Source of the DNA: Opitutales bacterium
GTDB lineage: Bacteria > Verrucomicrobiota > Verrucomicrobiia > Opitutales > PNEW01
Assembly (NCBI GenBank): GCA_965197745.1
Contig: CBDANS010000007.1
Coordinates: 864,001-928,000, forward strand
Direction: 5' to 3'
Length of the DNA stretch: 64,000 bases
Position numbers and translations under genes: made by a program
Shown: positions 10,742 through 22,325 of the stretch, one piece after another
Layout of the letters: each line of letters begins with the position of its first letter
Position numbering within the stretch: position 1 is the stretch's first letter
Notes under the pieces: generated by a model
What the model was told of the DNA's origin: nothing
The model's database searches: none
The model's input: the letters and a program-made list of their open reading frames with translations, nothing else

Positions 10742-11584
10742 ATGATAGTTGATTGTCATACCCATTTATCTACCAATGAGCAATGGGGAGATGTTTTCTT
10801 AAATGCATTCGCTGTTTCTTATAAGGGATCCGGTATAGATTTACATGTTACTCCGGATCGGCACTGGAAAGCATCTGAAGCGGCAGATAAGGTCATTGTT
10901 TTTGGAATTAACTCTCAATTCCTGAAAATGCAAACCCCCAATGAGCAAATTGCTGACTACGCCGGTTCACATCCTGAAAAGATTATTGGGTTTATGTCTA
11001 TAGACCCAAATGATTCAAAGGCTATTGAAGAGCTGGAAAGGGGTGTGCATGATTTAAAACTGCGCGGTATCAAAATGAGTCCTGTCTACCAGAACTACGA
11101 TCCAATGGATAAGTGTGTGCAGGAAATATATCAGCGCGCGGTTAAATACAATCTGCCCATCCTGACCCATTCTGCCTATCAAATGATCTCGCAAACGCCG
11201 ATGAAATGGGCGAATCCATTACTCTTTGATGATGTCGGTATTCGCTATCCTGACTTGAAGGTTATCATCGCTCATGTCGGCGTTCCATGGTATGCTGATG
11301 CCATGGTCGTGGTCAGAAAACACCACAATATATATGCTGATATTTCGGGAATAATGACTAAACCCAACTGGGGTTACCAGGCGATACTTGCTTTTCATGA
11401 ATTCGGTATTTCACACAAACTTTTATTTGGTACCGATTTTCCTTTTCTTACTGTTGCTGATACGATCACCGGGCTACGTAATGTTAATCAGGTGCTTCCG
11501 GAAAATGGGATGACAGAGATCCCCCAGACTTTAATTGAAGAAATTATCCATCGGGAAACACTGTCGCTTCTGGAATTGGAGTGA
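10742..11584 (+). CDS. Amidohydrolase family protein (Amidohydro_2)
   Basis: DCHTH, GIKMSP, IIAHVG and LFGTDFP motifs. Confidence 0.88.
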   Translation: MIVDCHTHLSTNEQWGDVFLNAFAVSYKGSGIDLHVTPDRHWKASEAADKVIVFGINSQFLKMQTPNEQIADYAGSHPEKIIGFMSIDPNDSKAIEELERGVHDLKLRGIKMSPVYQNYDPMDKCVQEIYQRAVKYNLPILTHSAYQMISQTPMKWANPLLFDDVGIRYPDLKVIIAHVGVPWYADAMVVVRKHHNIYADISGIMTKPNWGYQAILAFHEFGISHKLLFGTDFPFLTVADTITGLRNVNQVLPENGMTEIPQTLIEEIIHRETLSLLELE

Positions 11585-11628
11585 AGACGCGGCCGAAGAG
11601 GCAGACGAAGACGAAGGTTGCAGTCTGC

Positions 11629-12435
11629 TTAATATACCTCTCGTTTCATTCCTTTGACTGAAATAGCAATCCCACACAGGGTGAGAATGAGCCACACCGT
11701 GTAACAATACCCCAGCTTGTATAACTGAGCAGCGTCAATCGCTGGTGAATAGCCCTCAATAAAAGCAAACAGGGGGTAGAGCGGGTGGTGGAAGAATGCT
11801 GCGTAAGAGACGACTACACCCCAGGTCGATGAAGAGCCATTGACAAGACTGAGTGCCAGACCACCAAAGAGGGGAATAACGGTACACCATCCAAAAAGAA
11901 CGATACCGGTTACGAGGTAGGCAGTAAGGGAACGTCCGAAAAAGCCTGATAACCCAATCGCGAGACTGGCAATCGTCAATCCCGCAAGGAGGTTTGATCC
12001 CGTGCAAATGATGACGACCATGGGTTGGGGGCCACCCCATAATGTGCCAAGAAAAAGAAAAGGAAATGGAATAATTCCCAACCATAATATAAGCGTCCAC
12101 GCGCCGAAAAGTTTTCCCATGACAATTTTGGTTCGAGATAGAGGTGAGTTTATTAAGGCCGTGATCGTCCTCTGTTCACGCTCTTGAGAGATTCGACCTG
12201 CTGCTCCTAATGGTGATAAAATGATAATGATACCAGCCTGTATAAAGAGCGTTGACCAGATAAGGCCCGCACCCACCTCGTGGGGCATGGTGTAATTATT
12301 TGAAGAAATGTGCATTGTTGTAAAAACCATCCCCACAACAACAAGGAGGGTAAGAATTATAAATACAACTACCATCCACAGCCGCTTCTCTCGGGTGCGG
12401 ACACGTAATTCAAGCCAGTAGAGAGGATTAATCAT
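11629..12435 (-). CDS. ABC-2 type transporter permease
   Basis: Multiple hydrophobic helices; ISQEREQRT..L..SPLS...IVMGK motif; 4-nt overlap with the ATPase gene. Confidence 0.85.
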   Translation of the reverse strand: MINPLYWLELRVRTREKRLWMVVVFIILTLLVVVGMVFTTMHISSNNYTMPHEVGAGLIWSTLFIQAGIIIILSPLGAAGRISQEREQRTITALINSPLSRTKIVMGKLFGAWTLILWLGIIPFPFLFLGTLWGGPQPMVVIICTGSNLLAGLTIASLAIGLSGFFGRSLTAYLVTGIVLFGWCTVIPLFGGLALSLVNGSSSTWGVVVSYAAFFHHPLYPLFAFIEGYSPAIDAAQLYKLGYCYTVWLILTLCGIAISVKGMKREVY

Positions 12436-13382
12436 GAGCCATTACCTTCGAGTAATTTTCGTACCACCGAATTAAGTTCCAGTTGTTCACGGGAGAAGGA
12501 ATATACTTCTATTCCATCATGAACTACATGTTGCAGCACTGTAGCAGCTTCGTGTTCGTCGGATGCAGAGAAGACTAGCCCGTTAGAGATCATTTCTACG
12601 ACTTCAGCATCGAGAGTATCAATCGTTGCTCTGGCCTGCACAGGGTCGGAACACTCCAGTCGCCATCGTGTCTTTTCTCGGCTGTCGTTAAATTCATTTC
12701 GTGAAAAAAAGATTTTTTGCGGGCGTATTTCGACCCAGGTACCCTGCTTAAGCACGCCAAAATAATCAGCTAACTCTTCCAGTTCTGGCAGTATGTGAGA
12801 TGAAATGACAATGGTGTGATTTTTCTGGGCAAGCTTTCGAATGATGTCCAGGAGATCGTGACGCGCTGATATGTCGAGTCCGGCCGCCGGTTCGTCCAGG
12901 AGAAGAACGGGAGCTTGCGATAGAAGAACGCGACCCAGTGCAAGACGTCGTTGCCAGCCTGCGGATAGTGTTTCAACCTCAGCATCAAGCCAGGGCTCAA
13001 ATTCAAGCAACCCGACCACTTCATTGATTCTACTTTTTGCTTCCTTTTCAGGAATTTCCAGAACGCGCGAAAAAAAATCAAGATACTCAATTGCGGATAG
13101 GTCTGTGTAGACACCGAGAGGATCGGGCATCAGACCCACAAAACTGGCGGCGTTTTGTGGATGTGCGGTTACGTCGTTCTGATTACAGAATACCTGACCT
13201 GAATCAGGTGTGAGCAGTCCACTTGCGAGCAAAAGCAGGGTAGACTTACCCGCTCCATTCGGACCGATAAGTCCGAATATTGTCCCCGGTTCCACGGTAA
13301 GAAATACATCGGAAACTGCTTTTACCCCATTGGGATAAGTTTTATGCAGGTGCTTAAGTGAAAGTGTTACCGGCTCCATCAT
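12432..13382 (-). CDS. ABC transporter ATP-binding protein
   Basis: GPNGAGKST Walker A, LSAGW signature variant, LLLDEP Walker B, SSH switch. Confidence 0.93.
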   Translation of the reverse strand: MMEPVTLSLKHLHKTYPNGVKAVSDVFLTVEPGTIFGLIGPNGAGKSTLLLLASGLLTPDSGQVFCNQNDVTAHPQNAASFVGLMPDPLGVYTDLSAIEYLDFFSRVLEIPEKEAKSRINEVVGLLEFEPWLDAEVETLSAGWQRRLALGRVLLSQAPVLLLDEPAAGLDISARHDLLDIIRKLAQKNHTIVISSHILPELEELADYFGVLKQGTWVEIRPQKIFFSRNEFNDSREKTRWRLECSDPVQARATIDTLDAEVVEMISNGLVFSASDEHEAATVLQHVVHDGIEVYSFSREQLELNSVVRKLLEGNGS

Positions 13383-15355
13383 TATCCTTGTTCACTATCG
13401 GGGTTGGGGAGAGGCAATTGTATGACCCATACTACCTTCGAATAGGTGAGAAGGGCATCATTGTTCAAGGTAAGAAGTGGAGCTTCTTCAGATAGACCGA
13501 TGACGACTAAACTGTTTGGAAACGCTCCTTGGTTCTCAATTCTATTTTCTAAATCAGCAGCATGTTTAAGTTGAGATCTCAACGATGAATTTTGGGTTTG
13601 GTGGGTATAGGGAAAGGTTTCCGCAAATTGTGTTGCTCTGCCATACTTAAATAAAGCAGATAGGGTGAGGGGCATCCCGTATAGTTGCTTCGTCTTACTG
13701 CCTCTAAAGGGGTCAACAATATCTCCCTTTTTCATTTTCCCGAAGTGATGCCACTCGGTGTTGTCCCATACTATCACCCGCTCAAGATTGTCACGCGCTC
13801 TCAATTGTAACTCATGGTTCTCCCAAAATAATTCCAAGGGAATACTCATCTCCTTGAAGTGGGCGACTTCACGTTCGGTAACATCACCCCGTATTAATGA
13901 CTTCCATTGATATTGAGTGAGCGGTTGATCCGAATAGTTATGATCGGTATTCGTGGTTGTCCGTCTGCGAATGGCACGCCAGTTAACATTTGGTACAGAG
14001 AAACTATTTGCGGGAACAGACATAGCTACCTTTTCTCTATTAAACGACAATATTCGAATTACATCTCTCACATAAGTATCAGGCCAGGATGTATGAGCCA
14101 ATCGAAATTCAGTAACTTCCACAATGGGTTTGCGTGGTAAATAAACAGTGCCAACACCCCATCCGATAGCCGCTGTAAGGAGTGATATAGCAGGAACCGT
14201 CCACCACAGGTGCAGACGCTTTGCCCCTTTCAGGGTGTTAAACGCGAGTGGGGTTCCTATGAGTAAGGTGATGCTGAATATAATTATTAAAACCATAGTC
14301 CATAGTATATATGAATGCCGGTATGGCTCAAAAATATGTTCCTTGCTCAGCAGCGTTCGCGTGTCTTTACTATTGTAATTACCGTCGGGTTGTAGAAATG
14401 AGCGCCAGGCAGTGCCGCTTGTGTGTGACCATAAGGTTTGAAGTGATAGCTGGTCAGGGACTCCGATCCCACCAAGAAGAACGGTATCGGGAGTAGATAA
14501 CTCGAGCGAAGCCGCTATAGATTCCACGGTTGTTTGGCGGCCATAGAGCCAGACCCCCATTAAGAGGAGGCGTTGAAGTGTGCGGGAGGTAAGGGGAGAG
14601 TGTTCCCAGAAATTTTCAGAAATCCATAATGCGGTTACCTCAGAAAATGGGTTCAAGTGAGGGGGAATATCGTTAACAGTGTGAAAATTTTGCATATTCA
14701 CATACTCTCTCAATATTCTATCAGCTTCAGCTTCATCCATGACCCAACCGGTTGCATTCTCCATATGCTCAGCTTCGATGCGATCGATAACAAGATAACG
14801 GCCGAGTATATTTCCCTCGGCATTTTTTATTTCCAGACGGCAGGACAGGGCCACTGACTCTTTCATCATGCGGTAATATGAAAAGCGGGGCAGCACCAGG
14901 GGAATATCATTACGGTTTTCGCGCGTTTTTATGTGAAAAGTATCACGATGATATTCGTCTCGAATTTTTAAATTTCGATTGAGATTACCCGAGCTTCCGA
15001 GATCAGCATTTATCACTTCTGCGTAGATGAGCGCAACCGAGAGTGGGTATTGAGGGGGTGTTGAAAGAACGGGATGAATATTTAAGCTTCCAATATAGCC
15101 ACCAGGCGGACGATTTAATTTTATTCTCTTTTTCTTCAACCTTCCTCCATCAAGGTGTGATGATTCAAGGTTTCTTGACATGCTCGTGTTATCGACAAAG
15201 TTTCCAAAGGCATTGAACTCGACTTTAATCTCTGAGGAGGAAGGATAATTTAACCAGTCTCGATAGGATTCTGCATCCAAAGTTAAATGAATAAGCAGAA
15301 CAAAAGCATACAACCATAATGCCCTTATTGCTGTCATTGGCCTGTGAATACACAT
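13382..15355 (-). CDS. Hypothetical membrane protein, translationally coupled to the ABC genes
   Basis: 657-aa ORF with an N-terminal signal and two central hydrophobic helices; its stop overlaps the ABC ATPase start. Confidence 0.7.
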   Translation of the reverse strand: MCIHRPMTAIRALWLYAFVLLIHLTLDAESYRDWLNYPSSSEIKVEFNAFGNFVDNTSMSRNLESSHLDGGRLKKKRIKLNRPPGGYIGSLNIHPVLSTPPQYPLSVALIYAEVINADLGSSGNLNRNLKIRDEYHRDTFHIKTRENRNDIPLVLPRFSYYRMMKESVALSCRLEIKNAEGNILGRYLVIDRIEAEHMENATGWVMDEAEADRILREYVNMQNFHTVNDIPPHLNPFSEVTALWISENFWEHSPLTSRTLQRLLLMGVWLYGRQTTVESIAASLELSTPDTVLLGGIGVPDQLSLQTLWSHTSGTAWRSFLQPDGNYNSKDTRTLLSKEHIFEPYRHSYILWTMVLIIIFSITLLIGTPLAFNTLKGAKRLHLWWTVPAISLLTAAIGWGVGTVYLPRKPIVEVTEFRLAHTSWPDTYVRDVIRILSFNREKVAMSVPANSFSVPNVNWRAIRRRTTTNTDHNYSDQPLTQYQWKSLIRGDVTEREVAHFKEMSIPLELFWENHELQLRARDNLERVIVWDNTEWHHFGKMKKGDIVDPFRGSKTKQLYGMPLTLSALFKYGRATQFAETFPYTHQTQNSSLRSQLKHAADLENRIENQGAFPNSLVVIGLSEEAPLLTLNNDALLTYSKVVWVIQLPLPNPDSEQG

Positions 15356-15386
15356 TCTGTTTCTGTGTAAGGTCGGGTTCTGGACC

Positions 15387-16808
15387 TTATTTTTTTATTT
15401 TGTGGCCGCTTTTATTTCCGAGGCCATCGTATGCAGCATATTTATAGAGCTCATGCAGCGTCGGTGAATTGATGGCTATCGAAATGCAATATTCGATGGG
15501 CTTTTTGCTTTCCACCAGTGCCATGCCGAAATGAATTATCTCGGTGGCAATCGGTCCGATGAGGTGAACACCTAATATCGTGTTGTCATCACGATTAAAT
15601 ACTATTTTGATAAATCCGTTTTCCGCGCCCATAATTCGACCGCGAATTAAATCACGGTAACGGGCACGTCCTACACAGGTATCGTAGTTTTGTTTTTTCG
15701 CTTCTTCTTCGGTGAGCCCTATCATAGATACCTCCGGCACTGTATACATTCCCAGGGGATACTGCTCGGCGATGTGTTCTACATCATTTAAACTGAACAT
15801 ATGGGCGACAGCCACGCGACCTTGGTCCATGCTTATACTGGCGAGAGCGGGAAATCCTATGACATCGCCCACCGCGAATATGTTGGGTGTATTACTTCGG
15901 TAATATTTATCGACGATGATAGTTTCACGATTCCCGGTTTTTAAACCCGCTTTTTCACACTGCAAGTTGCCGATGTTTCCACAACGCCCTGCGGCATAGA
16001 GAAACATATCCCCTACTATTGTTTTATCCGATGAGAGTAAGGCGTGCGCTTTTTGCCCGGCTTCGACGTCTTCAATGGTGACTTTTTCCAAGCGCGTATT
16101 GAATAGTATCTCCACTTCATCCCTCTTCATCTGTTCAACCAGGGCATTTGAAATTTCTTCGTCAAGAAATTTGAGGATCTTGTTATGACTGTTTACGAGC
16201 GTAACCTTACTGCCCAGAGTGGAAAAGATAGTTGCATATTCGCATCCAATGACACCTGCGCCCACAATGCAAATTGTCTCGGGTATGCGATCAATATTCA
16301 GAATCGTATCCGAGTCATGGATAGTATTTCCGTTAAAGGGAATGCCGGGTGGATGGTAGGGATAAGAACCCGTGGCGATAATTATATTTTTCCCCTCGAT
16401 AACGAGTGTTTCCTTACCTTTTATTTCGATATGGTGCTCATCTTGAAAAGAAGCCGCTCCTTGATAAATGTCCACATCGTGAATCATTAAGTTATGTCGC
16501 ACTTCATCGCTTTGGGTTTTTACAATAAGATTTTTTCGGTATAGGAAATGCTCAACAGATGCTTTTTCCTGTAGCTCGCGTTCGATCCCATAAAGACCCT
16601 TGTCGTACTTCCCCGATAAATAAAGAGCGGTTTCCTTAAGGGTCTTTGAAGGGACTGTCCCTGTTTTAACTCCAGCCCCACCGTAAGCTGAATCCTTTTC
16701 AATAATCGCAACTTTATAACCGAAATAGGCTGCCTTTACCGCTGCTTTTTCGCCCGCAGGGCCGGATCCTATAACAATGAGGTCGTATATTTTATCGGAT
16801 TTCGCCAT
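15387..16808 (-). CDS. sthA: Soluble pyridine nucleotide transhydrogenase
   Basis: GSGPAG FAD site, GTVPSKTLKE lacking the redox CxxxxC, GDVIGFPALAS, YTVPEVS; C-terminus is SthA-like. Confidence 0.88.
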   Translation of the reverse strand: MAKSDKIYDLIVIGSGPAGEKAAVKAAYFGYKVAIIEKDSAYGGAGVKTGTVPSKTLKETALYLSGKYDKGLYGIERELQEKASVEHFLYRKNLIVKTQSDEVRHNLMIHDVDIYQGAASFQDEHHIEIKGKETLVIEGKNIIIATGSYPYHPPGIPFNGNTIHDSDTILNIDRIPETICIVGAGVIGCEYATIFSTLGSKVTLVNSHNKILKFLDEEISNALVEQMKRDEVEILFNTRLEKVTIEDVEAGQKAHALLSSDKTIVGDMFLYAAGRCGNIGNLQCEKAGLKTGNRETIIVDKYYRSNTPNIFAVGDVIGFPALASISMDQGRVAVAHMFSLNDVEHIAEQYPLGMYTVPEVSMIGLTEEEAKKQNYDTCVGRARYRDLIRGRIMGAENGFIKIVFNRDDNTILGVHLIGPIATEIIHFGMALVESKKPIEYCISIAINSPTLHELYKYAAYDGLGNKSGHKIKK

Positions 16809-17123
16809 GTATTAATAATAATGGATTTTCAGGTTAGGGGAAAAGTATTCTTATTTACAATTTAAAAGACCCACAAGTAATACCTTACCTAGGGGTAGAG
16901 GTATAAATTCGATCACAATCTGTAATTAAGTTTATCTTCGTCTGCGTCTTGGTCTGTCTCTGCGTCACTGATTTTATACGAAATATAGAAATCATAATAT
17001 TTAATAATGTGACCATTTGCTCACAGAAATCCGGTGACAGTAGAGTAAAAGAGGATGGGGACGAAGAGTCAGGCCGGGAGGTAGATTGGCGACTAGATAT
17101 CCCTTTAATAATTATCGTAAAGG

Positions 17124-18320
17124 CTATCGTAAAAATACATAGCCCATCGCTGCGGAAAAAATAACGACCGACCATGATGGGTACTTCCAAATGGCAAGCA
17201 AACCGAAAGCCACTAAGCCAAGAATAAAATCGCGAGTATCATGGATGGCGCCGGACCATACCGGATTATAAAGTGCGGCTAATAATAAGCCCACTACCGC
17301 AGCATTAATCCCTTTAAGTGACGCCTGGGTTGCTGGTAACTGTCGCAATTTATCCCAATAGGGGAGCACTCCTAACAAGAGTAGAAATGAAGGTAGATAA
17401 ATTGCAGAGAGGCACCCAAGTCCCACAAACCAGCCGTTAGGACCAGGTTGCATAACGGTTCCTAGATAGGCAGCGAATGAAAAGAGGGGGCCGGGAATTA
17501 CCTGGGCTGCACCATATCCTGCAAGAAACTGGTCTTCACTTACCCAACCTGGAGGGACAACCCCCGTTTGAAGTAAAGGGAGAACGACGTGACCTCCGCC
17601 GAAGACGAGCGATCCGGCTCGATAAAAGTTGTCAAATAAGACCAGTGAATGATGAGGGTAAATAGCGGTGAACACAGGGAGACCTATAAGCAAGAGGGAA
17701 AAAAAAATAAGACATATGAAGCTCAGTTTTTTATGAATCTTTATCGGTAGCGACTCTACTGAAGCCGTTTCCCCTGAGTTTCTATAAATTATCCATCCGA
17801 TAATTCCACCGATAATTATACTGAGAATTTGGGTCGACGGACCAGGCCAGGCTAATATTCCAATAGCAGATAACAGAGCGAGGGTAATACGATTACGGTC
17901 AGGACATAATTTGGTGGCCATTCCCCATACCGCTTGAGCGACCACGGCGACAGCCACGATTTTTAATCCTGCGAGCAAACCTGACTGATTTAATTCGGCC
18001 AGCGATGATACACCATAGGCAAAGCCGATGAGCGCTATGGCTGAGGGTGTGGTAAAGCCCAGCCATGCTGCGATGCCTCCGGCCAATCCTCCTCGAGATA
18101 ATCCAATGGTGATACCTGTCTGACTGCTCGCGGGTCCTGGTAAAAACTGGCACAAGGCGACAATATCAGCATAGGTATTCTCCTTTAGCCAACGGCGACG
18201 GATTATAAATTCTTCTCGAAAGAACCCGAGGTGAGCCACGGGCCCACCAAATGAAGTTAAGCCCAATTTCAGGAATACAAAAAAGATTTCACCAAATGAT
18301 GATTTTTTAGCGTCAACCAT
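17124..18320 (-). CDS. chrA: Chromate efflux transporter (long-chain CHR)
   Basis: LGLTSFGGPVAHLG, QFLPGPASSQ, LVFGGGHVVLPLL, AQVIPGPLF. Confidence 0.93.
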   Translation of the reverse strand: MVDAKKSSFGEIFFVFLKLGLTSFGGPVAHLGFFREEFIIRRRWLKENTYADIVALCQFLPGPASSQTGITIGLSRGGLAGGIAAWLGFTTPSAIALIGFAYGVSSLAELNQSGLLAGLKIVAVAVVAQAVWGMATKLCPDRNRITLALLSAIGILAWPGPSTQILSIIIGGIIGWIIYRNSGETASVESLPIKIHKKLSFICLIFFSLLLIGLPVFTAIYPHHSLVLFDNFYRAGSLVFGGGHVVLPLLQTGVVPPGWVSEDQFLAGYGAAQVIPGPLFSFAAYLGTVMQPGPNGWFVGLGCLSAIYLPSFLLLLGVLPYWDKLRQLPATQASLKGINAAVVGLLLAALYNPVWSGAIHDTRDFILGLVAFGLLAIWKYPSWSVVIFSAAMGYVFLR

Positions 18321-18594
18321 TTTTAACGCTTAGAGAAAATAATCATGCCCCTCTATGTTAATTAAATAACTATAAAATTTTAAAACTTATGATTTTTCTA
18401 CAACGGCCACGATTTGATGTCGTCCCGCAATTACAGGACTGTATTCAGAGGATAAATGATATACTCAAAGTATTTTTTATGCTAATTGGGCCTATCTTAA
18501 TCAAGGACGCTTACATCAGTTGTCAGGACCCTGCCTTATATTAAAACGGTGCCAGTTTGAGTGAAAAACTGGGGTATTTAATATAAATAGAGGT

Positions 18595-19521
18595 TCAACT
18601 TACTTTTTCCATTACTCGACCCTGGGCCTGTGCAATAATGTCGACATCCACTAACTCACTCCAAGCTTGCATAAGCTTTTTAAAAACAGGGCCTGGTTTT
18701 CCATTTCCAATTTGGTATTGGTTAAATTGTGTTACCGGTAGAAGGCAATAGGATGTACTGGAAAAGAAAGCTTCATCGGAATTGATGACATGGTAGGGCT
18801 GTATGTCTTCTTCACTGGTGGGTATTCCCAATTCCCTTGCTAACTCCATGGCCGTGGCACGGCTAATGCCGTCCAGGGTATTCTCAACTTTGGGTGATCT
18901 TAATACACCCTCTGAAAAAATTAGGAAATTCGCACCTTTATTCTCCGTAAGGTTTCCGTTAAGATCCATAAAAAGCGAGTACGCTTCAGGATCTGCCGCT
19001 TTCACTTCAAATTCACCCAAAATTAAAAAAAGCCGACTCTTGTGCTTAAGTTTTGAATCCAATGTCTGGGGTGAGATGTGACGGATAGTTGGGATCACCG
19101 CATGTGCACCGGTTTCGTAAAGATGCGCATAATTATGGAAACTGAGAAGAGGGGTCGCGATAATGAGCGATGGGTTATGAAACTCCCAGCCGCCAACAAC
19201 CTGTTTCATCGTCCCACCGGAAATATAAGGATTTAACCAGACATCCATCTCTGGATCAATACGCGGCTTATTTGCTTCCAGGACTTCCAGAGTTAATCTT
19301 TCCATTTCCTCGAGTTCTATCCCGGGATTGATTCGCGCGGTGCGCATGGATCGGTAAAAACGAGCGATATGCTCGCGTAATTTGAAGGGCTTGTGCGCGA
19401 AAGTTCGGGCGCTATCAAACACCGAATATCCCCAACCAATACTCGAATCTGAGTGGTGGATTCTTACTTCAGAATCGGGAACTAACTTTCCGTTAAAATA
19501 GGTGATGAATTCATCTGTCAT
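18595..19521 (-). CDS. Class IV PLP aminotransferase
   Basis: FDSART, HIARF, LTENKGANF, LDGISR, DEAFFSST. Confidence 0.87.
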   Translation of the reverse strand: MTDEFITYFNGKLVPDSEVRIHHSDSSIGWGYSVFDSARTFAHKPFKLREHIARFYRSMRTARINPGIELEEMERLTLEVLEANKPRIDPEMDVWLNPYISGGTMKQVVGGWEFHNPSLIIATPLLSFHNYAHLYETGAHAVIPTIRHISPQTLDSKLKHKSRLFLILGEFEVKAADPEAYSLFMDLNGNLTENKGANFLIFSEGVLRSPKVENTLDGISRATAMELARELGIPTSEEDIQPYHVINSDEAFFSSTSYCLLPVTQFNQYQIGNGKPGPVFKKLMQAWSELVDVDIIAQAQGRVMEKVS

Positions 19522-19630
19522 TTTCTGGCTCCTTGTTTATTTGTTTTATCTTTAAATGGACTATGTTCCGCTGAAATAATTTACTAAAGTGACACCTTAT
19601 CCGACATTCCTTGAGAAAAAAATGATGTCA

Positions 19631-20683
19631 TCAGGGTTGGAGTACGACGCGGCCCGAGACATTGCCTTTTCGGAGATCATTTAAGGCTTCATTCGCATCC
19701 TTGAGGGGGCGCGTTTTTATCGGTATTGGTGACACGCTTCCCGCCTTCACTAAGTCGACAAGCTCAAACATTTCGGTCAGGGTGCCCATTTTTGATCCCC
19801 GTATTTTCAACATTCTTTGCATCACTAAGGCCAGCGGTAAAGATAAGGCACCTCCGTAAAGTCCAACCGAGACTAATGTTCCGCCATTACGTAATATATC
19901 GATTCCGAATTGAGCAGTCGACGGCATACCAACGAAATCAATGGCCGCGGCGGCGCCGCCGCCAGTTAATTCTTTAACATTCTCGATCGCGGTTGGATCA
20001 CTATTGTCAATCGTTTCCTCGGCGCCGGAGTGCTGGGCAACATCCAGTTTCACGCTGTCAATATCGGCAACGATAACTTTACCTTTCACCACGTTGGGAG
20101 CGATTGTCAGGGCACTCAGACCAAGTCCCCCGGCGCCGATGAGGACAACCGCATCACTTTCGGTTTTCACTTCTGTTTTATTGAGAGCACTGTAAGCCGT
20201 AATCCCAGAGCAGGCATAGGTGCATGCAAGTTCTGACGGTATGCCGGTGTAATCAATCAGGTACTTAGGATGGGGGACAACAACATGATCACTATACCCC
20301 CCTCCACGAAAAACACCGATGTACTGAGGGGTTGTGCAAAGCATGTTTTCATCACGTAAGCATGCTTTGCACGCTCCACAACCAATCCACGGATAAACAA
20401 TTTTCCTGTCTCCTTCCGCTATGCCTTCAGCTTCCGGTCCCCATGTCTTAACGACACCGACAACTTCATGTCCCATCGTGAAAGGTGGGGTTAAACCGCG
20501 CTCAGAAAATAAAAGCTGTTCATCGCCCCCCAGTTTTAAGTATCCATCACAGATGTGAATATCAGAATGGCAGACGCCACAGGCATCGACGCGTACGATT
20601 ACCTCGGTGCCTGTTGGTTTTGGAGTCGGCAGGTCCCGTGCTTCCAGCGGTTTTCCCCAGTCAACTACCTGATAGCTGCGCAT
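19631..20683 (-). CDS. Zinc-dependent alcohol dehydrogenase
   Basis: CGVCHSD, GHE, structural-Zn CxxCxxC..C, GAGGLG. Confidence 0.92.
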   Translation of the reverse strand: MRSYQVVDWGKPLEARDLPTPKPTGTEVIVRVDACGVCHSDIHICDGYLKLGGDEQLLFSERGLTPPFTMGHEVVGVVKTWGPEAEGIAEGDRKIVYPWIGCGACKACLRDENMLCTTPQYIGVFRGGGYSDHVVVPHPKYLIDYTGIPSELACTYACSGITAYSALNKTEVKTESDAVVLIGAGGLGLSALTIAPNVVKGKVIVADIDSVKLDVAQHSGAEETIDNSDPTAIENVKELTGGGAAAAIDFVGMPSTAQFGIDILRNGGTLVSVGLYGGALSLPLALVMQRMLKIRGSKMGTLTEMFELVDLVKAGSVSPIPIKTRPLKDANEALNDLRKGNVSGRVVLQP

Positions 20684-20899
20684 GATTCCTTCCTGATATC
20701 GTTTTGTGAGGTAAATCAGTTTATGATGACAACTGAGAGAGATATGAAATGTGATTTAATAAATGAAACTTGTAAAGGGTTGATTCTTTAGTTGAGGAAA
20801 CTTGATCTCACGAAGTGACATGTGCAGCAGCGATATAAGGTTGTTAATTTGTTAAGATTATCTTCAATCTTCGACCGCTACCTTGTTGCTCGGAATATT

Positions 20900-22325
20900 T
20901 TATAATCCAGTTTGAATACGGAATTGCGCACTGAAAACACTATAGCTTATCAGAGCCATAACCGGCACAACAAAGCCGCCCACCCCGGGGATCCATTGCA
21001 GGCCGATGAGGACGAAAAAAAGAAGGCGGGTTAACCATTTTAAGAGGAAACTGTGTCTTAAAGGAATATATTGCCGAAAGGGGCTGACAAGTCTCATGCG
21101 GTAATAAATAATCCCTGGCACCAGGCCTATTATGGGGATGAGGCTGAATAAAAAGGCAATTCCGCATACTCCGGGAACGCGCAAGCGGATTCGGTGGAGA
21201 TAATATCTGGCAAAATCTTTCTCCGCCATTAATTCATGTCCACAGGCTTCACACCTTTGCTTGACTGCGCGTTGTTTGAAGCGTGTTGCGCACACAGGGC
21301 ATCTTTTCTTTGCCGCCAGGCGATAGGGGTGCTCTTCAAGATCATTTTCGACTTTCTTTTTCGACTGGCCGAGCATCCCCACCTTGTTCGGGTTTTCTCG
21401 TTTCTCTCCGCAATGAGGACAGGCCAGAGCTGATCGGTAAACACTCTCTCCACAATGCGTGCATTCAACTTTTGATTTCTCTTCGCGATAAGTGGCGTAT
21501 TTTTGGGCGAGGTAAAGGATTCCTAAAGCAACCCCATTGATGACCAGCATCAGGATTGGGAAAAGCAAGAGGAGGACGATACCGAATGCAGCCCAGATAT
21601 CCTCAATCCAGCTTATCAGGTTTTGAATTCCGAGATCGTCATCCTCGTCAGCTGTTCGCAGCGCTTCGAGTAAAGCTATTCTCAACCTGCTTGCGCCGAA
21701 TGCCGCGCCGGCAACAAATACGGTGCAAATTGTATCGAAGACTCCCGCCTGTGCCAGTGTTTTTTCGATAAAATCAATATCTATCGCGCTCACCACACCT
21801 AAATACGATAGACCTGCTAATGCCGTTTTTGTGTAACCGTCAATTTCCTGTAACGCGATTCTCGCTTCAGGAATTTTATCGGCAGCCATCTCGAGAATAG
21901 AGAGCAAGCCCAAGATAGTAATCGTTGCGCCATGCGTAAACCATGTGGGCTCTTCTCCAATGTGATGAATAAGATCAATATCATTGAGAAGTGGAATTAC
22001 ATTACCGTAACGCAACGAGAAAGCGGTTATGAATGCGGGAAGGACCCTTTGTGTAACCGTCAATTTCCTGTAACGCGATTCTCGCTTCAGGAATTTTATC
22101 GGCAGCCATCTCGAGAATAGAGAGCAAGCCCAAGATAGTAATCGTTGCGCCATGCGTAAACCATGTGGGCTCTTCTCCAATGTGATGAATAAGATCAATA
22201 TCATTGAGAAGTGGAATTACATTACCGTAACGCAACGAGAAAGCGGTTATGAATGCGGGAAGGAAAGCACGAGAGGAAAACATTCCAATCGAACCTAAAC
22301 CATGCACTAATGCATTAATGTCCAT
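20900..22325 (-). pseudogene. DUF4126-like membrane protein with C-terminal zinc ribbons, frame broken by an internal tandem duplication
   Basis: The 22002-22325 and 20900-22204 ORFs share an identical ~70-aa block. Removing one 220-nt period restores a single ORF (LEMAADKIP; CxxC pairs). Confidence 0.7.
21828..22264. repeat. 217-bp tandem direct duplication (21828-22044 and 22048-22264, separated by CCC)
   Basis: Both copies read tttgtgtaaccgtcaatttcc...gaatgcgggaagga; period is 220 nt. Confidence 0.95.
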
